In this document: piece after piece, positions 20,476 through 30,088 of the stretch
Numbering within the stretch: the first letter of the stretch is position 1
How the letters are laid out: each line of letters begins with the position of its first letter
Assembly (NCBI GenBank): GCA_033764315.1
Contig: JANRJA010000120.1
Location: forward strand, 1 to 45,688
DNA from: Oculatellaceae cyanobacterium bins.114
GTDB lineage: Bacteria; Cyanobacteriota; Cyanobacteriia; Elainellales; Elainellaceae
DNA length: 45,688 nucleotides
Reading direction: 5' to 3'
Position numbers and translations under genes: made by a program
Notes under the pieces: model-generated
Database searches by the model: none
Told to the model about the DNA's origin: nothing
Seen by the model: the letters and a program-made list of their open reading frames with translations, nothing else

Positions 20476-22305
20476 CTATGTCTCATCGCTATGACGATGC
20501 GAGACTTCATCCTGCAATTTTTTGAAATACTCACTTTCCGTAATTTGAGCCACTTCCTGCTCTAGTTTTTTCTGATCAATTTCAATTCTCAATTCTTCGA
20601 TGGTGCGTTTCAACAGTTCTTCTTCACGCTTGCGAGCGGTCACATCTTCAACAATGCCCTCAAAGTAGAGCAACTTGCCATCGTTTGCTCGCACAACACG
20701 GGTGTTTTCTTCGAGCCAGATAATAGCACCGTCTTTGCGATAAATCTGGTAGGCAAAATGTTTGACCTCGCCCTGTTCTTCTAACTGACGCTTAAATTCA
20801 ATCTGACTGGCAGGGTCAACATAGACTTGGGTGCCTCGATTGATCAAAGCACTCAACATCTCCTCTGAGGTGTCATAGCCATATAGTCGAGCCATCGCTG
20901 GATTGACGTTGATAAAATATCCCTCTGGACTCGCTTGAAAAATTCCTTCTAAAGCATTTTGAAAAATACTGCGGTAGTTTTCTTCGGCAATCCGCAATTC
21001 CTCATTCTTGGCTTCCAACGCTGTAAAGGAATCCTTGAGTTGCCCCGACATGCTGTTAAAAGCATTCGAGAGCCGTTCAATTTCTTTGATCTGACTGGAT
21101 TTGAGATGTTGATCAAGATTGCCATCCGCAATTTCTTCAGAGGCTTGAGCGACCTGGAGCAGGGGTTGTGAGATCTTGTGTGAGGTAAAGATGCCCAGAG
21201 CGATCGCCCCTACCAAGGCCGCCGCACAAAGCAAAATGCTATTGCGGGTATTGGCTTGAATCTGCCCCATAAAATCTGATTCAGGCACCACCACCACAAT
21301 CAACCAATCAATGCCACGCCCATCTTGAAACGGCAACACCTGCACAAATTGTCGTTGCCGATTAAGAATAAACTCTGTCTGGAGCGATCGCTGAATTTGA
21401 GTAAAACTACCAAACTGGCTCTGCAACTGGCGAGCCGTCTCTCGAATCAGAGGTTCACTGCTCTCAGTTGCCTGCAACAGCTTGGCGTTTTCACCTTCCC
21501 CCGAAATCAACGACTCATCCGTAGAACTGGATAAGATCGCTCCCGATCGCTCAATCACAAACGCCTGACCCGATCGCCCAATGGAGAGGTTAATCAAAAA
21601 ATTGCGAAAATCTTTCGGCAAAATAACATCAGTGGCACACACTCCTAACAATTGCCCACCTGACTCTCCATACACGGGTTGGCTCGCTGTAATTGTCGGC
21701 AACTGGGTTGTAAAATCAAGGTAGACCGGACTCCAAACAGGACGCTCAGCTTGAACGGCAGCCTTATACCAGGGGCGAATGCGGGCATCATATTTACCCA
21801 ACGCCTCCACAAAAAATCGACGGTTGCCCAGATTGTCCACACTATAGAGATTCATGCGCCCTCCGGTTGCGTCGTTTCTCAGCATGATCTGAAAATCAGC
21901 TTCGTTAAACACACGCGTTACACCGAGAAATGTGCCTTCTCGTTGGGTGCCACAATAGACGGCATCGACATAGGGAGAAATCTTGACCTGCTGAAAAAAT
22001 TGAGCCAGGTTTTGAGCATTGTCAAAGTCAATGTCTCCTTGCACAAATGCCACAGCATTCAAGCGGTTGAGCGAGTGGGGGCTTTCAAAATAGCCTTGTA
22101 GCTCTCGTTGAATGCGAAATGCCAGTTCGGTTTGCAAGGAGGTCGCCACCTCACTGACGGCTCTCTGCCCACTCAAAAATGACAACCACCCTACCAACCC
22201 CACAGCAGTCACAATTTGCAACACAAAAGGCACTACTAACACGCTTTGTAAGCTAAACCTTCGATGCTTTAAGATGGCACGTTTGAGGTCAATCATGGTC
22301 ATCAA
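20476..22305 (-). CDS. Membrane sensor: TM-Cache-TM-HAMP-PAS-coiled-coil tail, no enzymatic output domain
   Basis: LVVPFVLQI TM1, YDARIRPWYKAA Cache motif, HAMP (EIERLSNAFNSM), PAS (YRSIFQNALEGIF...EGIVEDVTARK), stop about 50 aa later. Confidence 0.85.
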   Translation of the reverse strand: MMTMIDLKRAILKHRRFSLQSVLVVPFVLQIVTAVGLVGWLSFLSGQRAVSEVATSLQTELAFRIQRELQGYFESPHSLNRLNAVAFVQGDIDFDNAQNLAQFFQQVKISPYVDAVYCGTQREGTFLGVTRVFNEADFQIMLRNDATGGRMNLYSVDNLGNRRFFVEALGKYDARIRPWYKAAVQAERPVWSPVYLDFTTQLPTITASQPVYGESGGQLLGVCATDVILPKDFRNFLINLSIGRSGQAFVIERSGAILSSSTDESLISGEGENAKLLQATESSEPLIRETARQLQSQFGSFTQIQRSLQTEFILNRQRQFVQVLPFQDGRGIDWLIVVVVPESDFMGQIQANTRNSILLCAAALVGAIALGIFTSHKISQPLLQVAQASEEIADGNLDQHLKSSQIKEIERLSNAFNSMSGQLKDSFTALEAKNEELRIAEENYRSIFQNALEGIFQASPEGYFINVNPAMARLYGYDTSEEMLSALINRGTQVYVDPASQIEFKRQLEEQGEVKHFAYQIYRKDGAIIWLEENTRVVRANDGKLLYFEGIVEDVTARKREEELLKRTIEELRIEIDQKKLEQEVAQITESEYFKKLQDEVSHRHSDET

Positions 22306-22433
22306 GCCAGTAAGTCGTGAGAACTAATCAATAATGGCATGATTAGAATTTCACGAACTAATTAAGTTCCTTGAATTCTAGAACGCTCTGCGGGAGAACT
22401 TAACCCTTTTTAGCAGGCAATATCTTAAGAGAG

Positions 22434-22610
22434 TTAAACCCATATGCGACTTTTCCAAGATCCCCTGGTTTTGGGCAATGTGAATCAGACTCTCTTTAAA
22501 GATTAACCCCGTGTGCGACTTTCCCCAGATCCCCGGTTGCGGTGACGCAAATCAGACTTCTTTGAGGATGCTGAACGAGCAATCGGGGATCTAGACCACT
22601 AAGTTGCATA
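22434..22610. repeat. Composite repeat: two diverged ~69-bp direct units plus an inverted copy of the unit end
   Basis: TGCGACTTT..AGATCCCC..GGTT..AATCAGACT twice (about 22445 and 22514); GGGGATCT..AAGTTGCATA at 22585-22610. Confidence 0.6.
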
Positions 22611-22805
22611 TCGCATGATTTAGGAAGTGGTTAGGGACGGGCAAACCAAAAAATACCTATGACGCAAGTTTTGGCCCCGCTCAACTCGCAGATTGGGAGG
22701 GCTGAGCGAAGTCGAAGCCCGGTGGTACAAGATTTTCTTGCAACTCCCTTAGCGGTCATTCATCCGAGGTTACGAATGATAGAGGCTATAGCAGATGGAT
22801 TATCT

Positions 22806-23627
22806 CTAAGTCTCTGTCATCCGTTTCAACAGTTGCTTCACGATCGCAGCGTCCTCAGCCATCGGAGCACTGATTAAATAGTTCTCTAAATCCTGAGTGG
22901 CTTCGACCCATCGCCCCATCTGGTAATACAAAATGCCGCGATCGCGTTGTTCAACGGGGGCTTCTGGAAAGACCAATAACAGACGTTCAATCACGGCTAA
23001 CGCTTTTGACCACTCCCCTCGATTCAGGTAGATCACCTTTAAGTTTGTCAACATTCGACCTAAAAAGCGGCGTGGGGTGACGGGTTCTAAAAAGTTGACG
23101 TCAAAGCGAATCGTTTTTCCATGAACCTGACTGAATCGTTCTTGACAATCTTCTGAAAAGAGAATTTCTCCCCCGTGAAACGGGTCTACAAACACTTCCA
23201 TCTCTTCTGCCACAGGACGAATCAAGAAATGCCCTGGCATTCCCACACCGGCCATCGGAAAGTCAAGCCGACGAGCAATCTCAAGATAGACCAGCGAGAG
23301 CGTAATGGGAATACCAACTCGGCGATCAATGACTTGATTGAGATAACTGTTCCGAGGATCGTAATAGTCTTCCAGGTTGCCATTAAATCCTAAATCTTTG
23401 TAGAGATAGTCATTGATAGTTTGAATGACGCGCAAAGGATAGCGGGTTGATGGCAATCGTTCCTCAACTTCGTCTGCCATCGTATCCAGAGCATTTAAAT
23501 AGTCATCGGGATCCAGATTTGGGTATTCCTCTTGGGCGAAAAATAAAGCAGCTTTTGCCAGATCAATGGTGTTGTCAGATTGATGAATTTCTTGATAGAA
23601 ACGCTGCCGTGATAAAGGAAATTCCAT
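22806..23627 (-). CDS. SirB1 family protein (transglutaminase-like core plus TPR)
   Basis: GFNGNLEDYYDPRNSYL, GIPITLS, GMPGHFL, RDRGILY. Confidence 0.9.
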   Translation of the reverse strand: MEFPLSRQRFYQEIHQSDNTIDLAKAALFFAQEEYPNLDPDDYLNALDTMADEVEERLPSTRYPLRVIQTINDYLYKDLGFNGNLEDYYDPRNSYLNQVIDRRVGIPITLSLVYLEIARRLDFPMAGVGMPGHFLIRPVAEEMEVFVDPFHGGEILFSEDCQERFSQVHGKTIRFDVNFLEPVTPRRFLGRMLTNLKVIYLNRGEWSKALAVIERLLLVFPEAPVEQRDRGILYYQMGRWVEATQDLENYLISAPMAEDAAIVKQLLKRMTET

Positions 23628-23631
23628 TTAA

Positions 23632-24177
23632 TTAGCGTCCTTTCAGGCGATTCAACATCCAGTCTAGTCTGGCTTCAGCCAGTCTTAAACTATCCTCTAG
23701 ATAGTGATTTTCTTCGGCTGGCAGAGCTTGTGTCTGAGGTGAGGCTGGGGTTTCCTTTTGATAGCCCAAGCGACTGACGGTGCTGCGTAAGCGATCGGAG
23801 AGAAAAATGGCAAGGGCCTGATAGAAGTGCGATGAAAATGACAAATCTTGTGCTAGCTTTGCAGCGAGTTGCGATCGCGGAATCGTGAATACTAACGCAT
23901 CTTCGAGGGCTTTCACCGTTGCTGATGGGCGACGAGAATCGACAAAAGACATTTCCCCAACGACTTCACCGTTTCCCAAGCGGGCGACTTCTTCCCCTCC
24001 GAGAGATTCAACACACACCGCTAAGGTGCCTTCTAAAACAATATAGATGGCATCAATCGGTTCTCCTTCATGAATTAGAACCGTGCCTGCGGTGACATGT
24101 TTGCTTCTGCCAACAGAGAGAATCCACTCAAAATCGCGATCGCTAATCTCTGCCAAGATATACAGTGCTTTTTTCAT
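23632..24177 (-). CDS. Stand-alone cyclic nucleotide-binding domain protein
   Basis: LIHEGE...GEVVGEMSFVDSRRPSATV cNMP cassette, no HTH; GGAGG RBS. Confidence 0.9.
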   Translation of the reverse strand: MKKALYILAEISDRDFEWILSVGRSKHVTAGTVLIHEGEPIDAIYIVLEGTLAVCVESLGGEEVARLGNGEVVGEMSFVDSRRPSATVKALEDALVFTIPRSQLAAKLAQDLSFSSHFYQALAIFLSDRLRSTVSRLGYQKETPASPQTQALPAEENHYLEDSLRLAEARLDWMLNRLKGR

Positions 24178-24352
24178 AACCCTCCCTCATGTTGATGCAA
24201 CAACCCCTATTGCCCGCCCAATCTGTCTAACTTAGAGGACGGTTTTAAGAGATCTCAAAATAATAGGCAACACCCGCACACCCATCTCATTAAATTCAAC
24301 TATGTAAATGGCAAAGAAACTCTTTTTTTCTTCCTTTCTACCCTAATTTCCT

Positions 24353-25144
24353 ATGTTTCTGTTTCTGTCTAAGTTATTACCCCTGTTCATCTACCCACTA
24401 GGTCTAGCGTGTCTATTTCTGTTAGTTACCTTGATCACCCTCTGGAAGCGACCTCGCATCGCTGCTCTGAGTAGCATTGCCGCGTTAGTTGTGTTGCTAA
24501 TCGGCAGTAACGGTTGGGTTGCTGCGCAATTGGTGCGATCGCTAGAGTGGCAATATCTCCCTACTGCAACGCTACCAAATGCAGAAGCAATTGTGGTTTT
24601 AGGCGGCGGCATTAAACCTCAAATTGCCCCTCGTCCCTGGATAGATGTGGCAGAAGCGGGCGATCGCACTATTTATGGAGCGCAATTATATCAACAAGGA
24701 AAAGCCCCACTAATCGTTTTAAGCGGGGGGCGGATTGAGTGGAAAGGGGGTGGGCCTCCAGAATCGGAGGATATGGCAAAGCTTGTCGAAGCATTGGGGG
24801 TTCCCAAAACGGCGATCGCCCAAGACCCCAACTCACTAAACACTTACGAAAATGCGGTGAATGTCAAACAAATTTTGCAGCAACGAGGCATTAATCGGGT
24901 GTTGCTCGTCACCTCTGCGATGCACATGCCCCGATCAATGGGGATTTTTAAGAAACAGGGGATAGAGGCGATCGCTGCTCCTACTGACTTTGGCATCACA
25001 ACCCAAGAACTGAACGAGAATCAAAGTACAGTTCAGGGGTTCCTATTGAACCTGCTGCCCGACGCCGAAAAACTGCAACAAACCAGTCGCGCCATTAAAG
25101 AGTATGTCGGGATTTTAGTTTATCGACTCAAAGGGTGGATGTGA
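24353..25144 (+). CDS. YdcF/ElyC (DUF218) family membrane protein
   Basis: AIVVLGGG, LSGG, SLNTYENA, LLVTSAMHMPRS. Confidence 0.92.
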   Translation: MFLFLSKLLPLFIYPLGLACLFLLVTLITLWKRPRIAALSSIAALVVLLIGSNGWVAAQLVRSLEWQYLPTATLPNAEAIVVLGGGIKPQIAPRPWIDVAEAGDRTIYGAQLYQQGKAPLIVLSGGRIEWKGGGPPESEDMAKLVEALGVPKTAIAQDPNSLNTYENAVNVKQILQQRGINRVLLVTSAMHMPRSMGIFKKQGIEAIAAPTDFGITTQELNENQSTVQGFLLNLLPDAEKLQQTSRAIKEYVGILVYRLKGWM

Positions 25145-25148
25145 CATA

Positions 25149-25184
25149 AACGGTAGGGGCACGATTAATCGCGCTCCTACCGTT
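25149..25184. terminator. REP-like hairpin between convergent genes
   Basis: AACGGTAGGGGCACGATTAATCGCGCTCCTACCGTT. Confidence 0.6.
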
Positions 25185-25187
25185 CAA

Positions 25188-26489
25188 TTACAGACCTGAC
25201 ATCACAGCTCGCGCAGCTTCTAGGGTGCGATCGATATCTGCTTCAGTGTGTGCTAGTGAGGTAAACCCTGCTTCAAATTGAGACGGAGCCAGATATACTC
25301 CCTGCTCCAACATGCCCCGGTGAAACCGAGCAAATTTGTTCAGGTCCGATTTCTTCGCATCTTCGTAGTTGTAGACGGGCCCCTCTGCAAAAAAGAAGCC
25401 AAACATGCCGCTAATTTGTCCACCAGACGCAACATGACCCGTTTCTTGAGCCACTTGCAACATCCCATCTGCCAATCGTTTAGTGATCTGGTCAAGCTGC
25501 TCATAGGTGCCTGGACGTTGCAGCAGTTCCAAGGTTTTAATGCCAGCCGTCATCGCCAGAGGATTGCCAGATAGCGTTCCGGCTTGATACATCGGCCCCG
25601 CAGGAGCCACCATCGACATAATGTCTTTGCGACCACCATACGCGCCAACCGGCAAGCCACCTCCAATAATCTTGCCCAAGGTCGTCAGGTCAGGAGTAAT
25701 CCCAAATTTTTCTTGAGCACCCCCATAGGCAATGCGAAAACCCGTCATCACTTCGTCAAACATCAACAAAGCATCGTTTTGCTGAGTCACCTCGCGCAAG
25801 CCTTCTAAAAAGCCAGGTTGAGGCGGGATAAACCCTGCATTGCCGACGATCGGTTCTAAAATAACCCCAGCAATCTCACCGGGATTTTCGGCAAATAGGG
25901 CTTTGACCGCTTCAAGGTCGTTAAATGGAGCAGTCAAAGTGTTGGCGGTAGTCGATTTGGGTACCCCCGGAGAGTCAGGTAAACCCAGGGTTGCGACCCC
26001 AGACCCCGCTTTCACTAAAAACATGTCGGCATGCCCGTGATAACAGCCCTCAAATTTGATGATTTTGTCGCGTCCAGTAAAGGCTCGCATCAGACGCAAC
26101 ACAGCCATACACGCTTCGGTGCCGGAGTTGACAAAGCGCACCATTTCAATGCTGGGAACAGCAGCAATCACCATTTCTGCCAACACATTTTCGAGATAGC
26201 ACGGTGCACCAAAACTGGTGCCCTGATCCAGTGCTCCATGCAATGCTTGAATCACATCCGGATGGGCATGACCACAAATTGCAGGCCCCCAAGTACCAAC
26301 ATAGTCAATGTATTGATTGCCATCAACATCCCAAACGTAGGCTCCTTTGACGTGATCAAACACAATGGGTTGTCCGCCAACAGATTTAAATGCACGAACC
26401 GGAGAGTTGACTCCACCCGGCATGAGGTGTTGAGCTGCCGCAAAAATTTCTTCTGAACGGGTGGTTTTTAACGAAGATGTAGTTACCAA
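25188..26489 (-). CDS. hemL: Glutamate-1-semialdehyde 2,1-aminomutase
   Basis: [39 protein letters not shown]. Confidence 0.98.
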   Translation of the reverse strand: MVTTSSLKTTRSEEIFAAAQHLMPGGVNSPVRAFKSVGGQPIVFDHVKGAYVWDVDGNQYIDYVGTWGPAICGHAHPDVIQALHGALDQGTSFGAPCYLENVLAEMVIAAVPSIEMVRFVNSGTEACMAVLRLMRAFTGRDKIIKFEGCYHGHADMFLVKAGSGVATLGLPDSPGVPKSTTANTLTAPFNDLEAVKALFAENPGEIAGVILEPIVGNAGFIPPQPGFLEGLREVTQQNDALLMFDEVMTGFRIAYGGAQEKFGITPDLTTLGKIIGGGLPVGAYGGRKDIMSMVAPAGPMYQAGTLSGNPLAMTAGIKTLELLQRPGTYEQLDQITKRLADGMLQVAQETGHVASGGQISGMFGFFFAEGPVYNYEDAKKSDLNKFARFHRGMLEQGVYLAPSQFEAGFTSLAHTEADIDRTLEAARAVMSGL

Positions 26490-26586
26490 AGTATTTTCCT
26501 CTTATCAACACATTTTTTAGGAGTAGGGCAGGAGGAGTGAGGTTCACATCTAACCCTCTACTCTTCACCCTGCTGCCGTTTAGGGA

Positions 26587-26619
26587 GCGATTCCCTATAG
26601 GAGAGCTGCTTCGCATTGC
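26587..26619 (+). mobile_element. HIP1-associated micro-element copy (intergenic)
   Basis: GCGA-TTCCCTATAGGAGAGCTGCTTCGCA-TTGC. Confidence 0.6.
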
Positions 26620-26686
26620 ACATTTTATTATCCTATGCATCGCGAATGACGGTATTCAAAACTTGTCAAGTTTACGGTTAAAAAGG

Positions 26687-27952
26687 CTAATCGAGTCCAC
26701 TGCCTTGAACGACATGTTTAACCGTAGTAAGGGTTTCTAAGCTAATCAGCCCACGTCGGTGTCCTTTTTGATTAGACATCCCCAACGAAATGGGACTACC
26801 TCGCTTAGGATTGCGGTAAAACCGGGGAGAGGCGTTGATGTAAGTGATGGCACTATTAATGCCCAAGGCAAAATGACGGCTCTCTTGATAGGATTCAGTG
26901 GCTAAACAGTCGGCATGTCCGCTGCTGTAATCATTAATCCAGTCGATCGCCTCTTCTAGCCCATCCACAAACTTAAAGGCAATGGTGCGATCGAGATAGG
27001 GTTGACTCCACTCTGACTCGTCTGCCAGTTTGATCTCAGGAAAACTGGCTACCAAATCAGCATCTCCCCTGAGTTCATAGCCTTTTTCTCGGAGAGTCTC
27101 CCACAACAACGACAACATCGTGATGTTTTGATTGCGATGAATCAACACTTTTTCGATCGCATTTACCGGATCAGGCTCACTTTGATGACTGTCTAAGATC
27201 ATCCACCGCGCCACATCAATTGCCCCAGAGGGCGACCAATAGAGATAGCAGTTGCCGATCGCTGTTTTAAGCACAGGAACGGTGGCTTGGCGAATCACCT
27301 GTTGCACCAGGCTATTGCGCCCATAGGGAATGACTAGATTAACGTATTGGTCTTGGGTAATCAGTTCTCGTAACAGGTCACCCTGATCAGACGACAACAG
27401 TTGCAGACAACTCGGAGGAAGCCCTGCATCTTCGATCGCATTTTGTAGAGTTTCAACAATGACCTGGTTAGAGTGACTCGCTTCAGAGCCTCCTTTTAAG
27501 ATCAAGCTGTTGGCGGTACGGAGACACAGCCCTGCCGCGATCGCCCCCAGCTCTGGAAATGCTTCATAAACCAAGGCAATCACCCCCAATGGAGTCAATT
27601 GGCAATAGGTTTGTCCCTGTTCGACTTGGTAAGGCGTGTGTAACACCTGCCGAGTTGGATCTGACAGCTCACTCAGGCGTTGCAAAATCCGCACCGAACT
27701 TTGAAGCCGTTCGGGGGTCAGTTTCAGCCATTCTAAAATCAATTCTGGGACTGCCATCTCACGACTGGCTTCTAAATCCAATGTGTTGGCATCTAAAATG
27801 TCGTCTTGGCGGTTATTGAGTGCGTCCGCCATAATCTGTAAGGCTTGACTGCGGTCAGTGCCCTTGAGTGCTGCCAGTTCTAAGGAGGATTGATAGGCCT
27901 GTTGAACTGCGGTGCTTAAGTAGGAAGAGGAATACAAGGAGTCCGTCACCAT
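26687..27952 (-). CDS. Gamma-glutamyl phosphate reductase-like protein (divergent ProA paralog)
   Basis: PLGVIALVYE, LILKGGSEAxHSN, YSSGHAD, INAS; catalytic CNAxE reads VNAIE. Confidence 0.85.
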   Translation of the reverse strand: MVTDSLYSSSYLSTAVQQAYQSSLELAALKGTDRSQALQIMADALNNRQDDILDANTLDLEASREMAVPELILEWLKLTPERLQSSVRILQRLSELSDPTRQVLHTPYQVEQGQTYCQLTPLGVIALVYEAFPELGAIAAGLCLRTANSLILKGGSEASHSNQVIVETLQNAIEDAGLPPSCLQLLSSDQGDLLRELITQDQYVNLVIPYGRNSLVQQVIRQATVPVLKTAIGNCYLYWSPSGAIDVARWMILDSHQSEPDPVNAIEKVLIHRNQNITMLSLLWETLREKGYELRGDADLVASFPEIKLADESEWSQPYLDRTIAFKFVDGLEEAIDWINDYSSGHADCLATESYQESRHFALGINSAITYINASPRFYRNPKRGSPISLGMSNQKGHRRGLISLETLTTVKHVVQGSGLD

Positions 27953-27955
27953 CGA

Positions 27956-28357
27956 TTAACGTCTACAAGCTAACCAAAGCATCAGAACTAGCATGGTTGA
28001 AAGAATTAGTGCTGCGATCGCCTGAAACGCCGGTTCCTTGAAGCCGCCCAGGTAGATGAACAACATTAAAAAGACTATTCCCAGAATAATAATGAGCGTC
28101 AGGGGCAAATAAGCTTGACCCAAACCAGAATGGGCCGTACTCCACTGGTTGCCAGTCCATCGCCAAGCCTTTTTATAAGGGTAGTTAGCGGAAAGCTCTT
28201 CAATTACATATCCGCTTTCCTGAACCACAAAGATACGCTGGCAGCGATTACAGCCAAACGCCTCAGTTAAGGCGATCGGCGTGAGGTTGCCCCGACGATG
28301 GCAGGGACATGGATAGTCAACGGATAAATCGATTTTTTGAGCTTTTTGAGTCTGCAC
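27956..28357 (-). CDS. Conserved cyanobacterial hypothetical protein, putative Zn ribbon plus two TM helices
   Basis: YPCPC...LTEAFGCxxC...WRWTG followed by two hydrophobic helices; ends 3 bp before the proA-like gene. Confidence 0.75.
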   Translation of the reverse strand: MQTQKAQKIDLSVDYPCPCHRRGNLTPIALTEAFGCNRCQRIFVVQESGYVIEELSANYPYKKAWRWTGNQWSTAHSGLGQAYLPLTLIIILGIVFLMLFIYLGGFKEPAFQAIAALILSTMLVLMLWLACRR

Positions 28358-28680
28358 GAGCGGTAGCAGGGCAAGGTGAATTCGATTTAGAAGGGCAGGG
28401 AACGAGGACTTGGGGAATAGCCAGCCCAGTTAGCAAGAGCCGTGTTGCAAGTGAGTAGAAATTGACCTGGGCAATCCATGTCTTTGATCAGTCCGATTCT
28501 AGCACCCCTAGATTAGGCAGAACCCAAGCTAATCTGCATCTGCGAATGTGTTTGGGAGTTCATCAAGACTAACCCAAGCATTGAGAAGCGTCAGGAGAAT
28601 ACACAGAAAAATAAATATTTTTGAGCTATAACCCTTAACGCCCAAAAATTTGCTGAAGCGTATTTGACCTGCAAAACAAA

Positions 28681-28752
28681 AGCGGGTAACGCGATTCGAA
28701 CGCGCGACATTCACCTTGGCAAGGTGACGCTCTACCACTGAGCTATACCCGC
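28681..28752 (-). tRNA. tRNA-Gly(GCC), CCA not encoded
   Basis: Minus strand GCGGGTATAGCTCAGTGGTAGAGCGTCACCTTGCCAAGGTGAATGTCGCGCGTTCGAATCGCGTTACCCGCT folds as a cloverleaf with loop TTGCCAA. Confidence 0.97.
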
Positions 28753-28906
28753 AAATAACGCATTTACTATAGTGTCAGATACTTGGGAGTCTGTCAACTA
28801 CTTTGTTTTTTCTGGCAATGAGCAAAATTTTTTTCCCCTCAATACAAGGTTTTAGTCCTTGTCTTAGGCAGATCAGATCTCGCCCACTGCCTACTGCTAA
28901 CCCCAT

Positions 28907-29524
28907 TTAACTAGGGCTTTCAACAGGGTCATCCACCGCTTCAGCACTTCTGAGAGAGGCAGGTAAACTCTGAGAGCTGGGTGTTCCAGCGATTACTCCA
29001 GTCGGAGAACCGCCTTGCATCACGCCATTATAAGAGTCAGGAGTAATGGTTTTTACCTGACGCATCAAACTAGCCATCTCAATCGCATTCATGGCATAGT
29101 CCCACCCTTTGTTACTCTTGATGCCTGCTCGCTCTAAGGCTTGCTGCATCGTATCTGTGGTGAGCACTCCAAACACGACTGGAACGCCAGTCTGAAAGGC
29201 AGCGGCAGCGATCCCTTTAGAGACTTCAGCCGCTACATAATCAAAATGAGGAGTTTGCCCCTTGATCACTGCGCCAAGACAAATAATGGCGTCATAGCGT
29301 TGAGTTAGAGCAAGCTGACGGGCCACCAAGGGGATCTCAAAACTCCCAGGCACCCAAACATAATCGACCTGAGTGCCATCGGGATTGGGATCAATCCCGT
29401 GGCGTTTTAAACAATCTTGGCAACCCTCTAAGAGTTTGGTTGTAATCAGATCGTTAAAACGACCGATCACTAGTGCCATGCGCAACGGATCGGTTTGGGT
29501 AAAGGTGCCCTCAAAAACTGCCAT
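28907..29524 (-). CDS. ribH: 6,7-dimethyl-8-ribityllumazine synthase
   Basis: [40 protein letters not shown]. Confidence 0.97.
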   Translation of the reverse strand: MAVFEGTFTQTDPLRMALVIGRFNDLITTKLLEGCQDCLKRHGIDPNPDGTQVDYVWVPGSFEIPLVARQLALTQRYDAIICLGAVIKGQTPHFDYVAAEVSKGIAAAAFQTGVPVVFGVLTTDTMQQALERAGIKSNKGWDYAMNAIEMASLMRQVKTITPDSYNGVMQGGSPTGVIAGTPSSQSLPASLRSAEAVDDPVESPS

Positions 29525-29563
29525 GATATATCAATACAGGCGATCGCCTGGTTTAGACCACAG

Positions 29564-29752
29564 TTAGACCACTAGATAGTTTAACCCACCCACGAGTAAG
29601 ACTAACGCGACCCAAACAAAAGACCCTAACAAAATCAGCCGTTTGGATTGATCCCAGTTTTGGGGGCTGGCATAGGCAACGGGCACACCAATCACCATTG
29701 CGAACGATATCAGAACTAAACCAATCAGAGCAAACTGGAACAAAATAGACAT
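29564..29752 (-). CDS. psbZ: Photosystem II reaction centre protein Z
   Basis: [29 protein letters not shown]; usual psbZ-ribH order. Confidence 0.96.
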   Translation of the reverse strand: MSILFQFALIGLVLISFAMVIGVPVAYASPQNWDQSKRLILLGSFVWVALVLLVGGLNYLVV

Positions 29753-29793
29753 TTAAAAATTCCTCTCCCAGCACAGCAATGGATGTACATCAG

Positions 29794-29830
29794 GTGATTA
29801 ACCCCTTAAAAGGGAACTGCTTCGCATCGC
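29794..29830 (+). mobile_element. HIP1-associated micro-element copy upstream of psbZ
   Basis: GTGA-TTAACCCCTTAAAAGGGAACTGCTTCGCA-TCGC. Confidence 0.6.
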
Positions 29831-29913
29831 ACCAACCCGCGTATCATCCCTAGTAAGTAACCTATCAGAAATTGAACCCCCTTCAGCACTTTCTCTGTCA
29901 AGATCGAGAAGAA

Positions 29914-29950
29914 GGGGATGGGGATTTGGGATTGGGGATTGGGGATTTGG
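29914..29950 (+). repeat. STRR-like heptamer tandem repeat
   Basis: GGGGATT-type units repeated about 5 times. Confidence 0.6.
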
Positions 29951-30039
29951 AAATCCCATCTTCTCAACCATTCACCTATCTCACCCTCCTGCCCTCTACC
30001 CCCTATCTTTTGTTCTCCGCCCCTTTTTCCCTTCCGTAC

Positions 30040-30059
30040 AGACGCGATTAATCGCGTCT
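30040..30059. repeat. REP-like 20-bp palindrome
   Basis: AGACGCGATTAATCGCGTCT; identical copy at 39384-39403. Confidence 0.75.
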
Positions 30060-30088
30060 CTGCCTCCCCTCTGCCCTCTGCCTCTCTC

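Noticed and set aside
22434-22570. Two ~69-bp direct units as a CRISPR or sRNA array
   Set aside because: The units are similar along their whole length with no unique spacer; best explained as a degenerate tandem duplication of a repeat element
22659-22877. 72-aa plus-strand ORF between the sensor gene and the SirB1 gene
   Set aside because: It runs through a REP-like palindrome, overlaps the SirB1 3' end in antisense, and has no motif support
28529-28738. 69-aa ORF on the minus strand
   Set aside because: It starts inside the tRNA-Gly gene and has no recognisable protein features
28681-28752. tRNA-Gly as an integration site for a genomic island
   Set aside because: No integrase, no duplicated tRNA 3' end seen, and the flanking genes are core genes
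29918-30088. 57-aa N-terminal extension of the tRNA nucleotidyltransferase and the antisense ORF 29806-30363
   Set aside because: Both are translations of STRR and REP repeat DNA or antisense shadow; recognisable protein begins at MDLILCH (30089)
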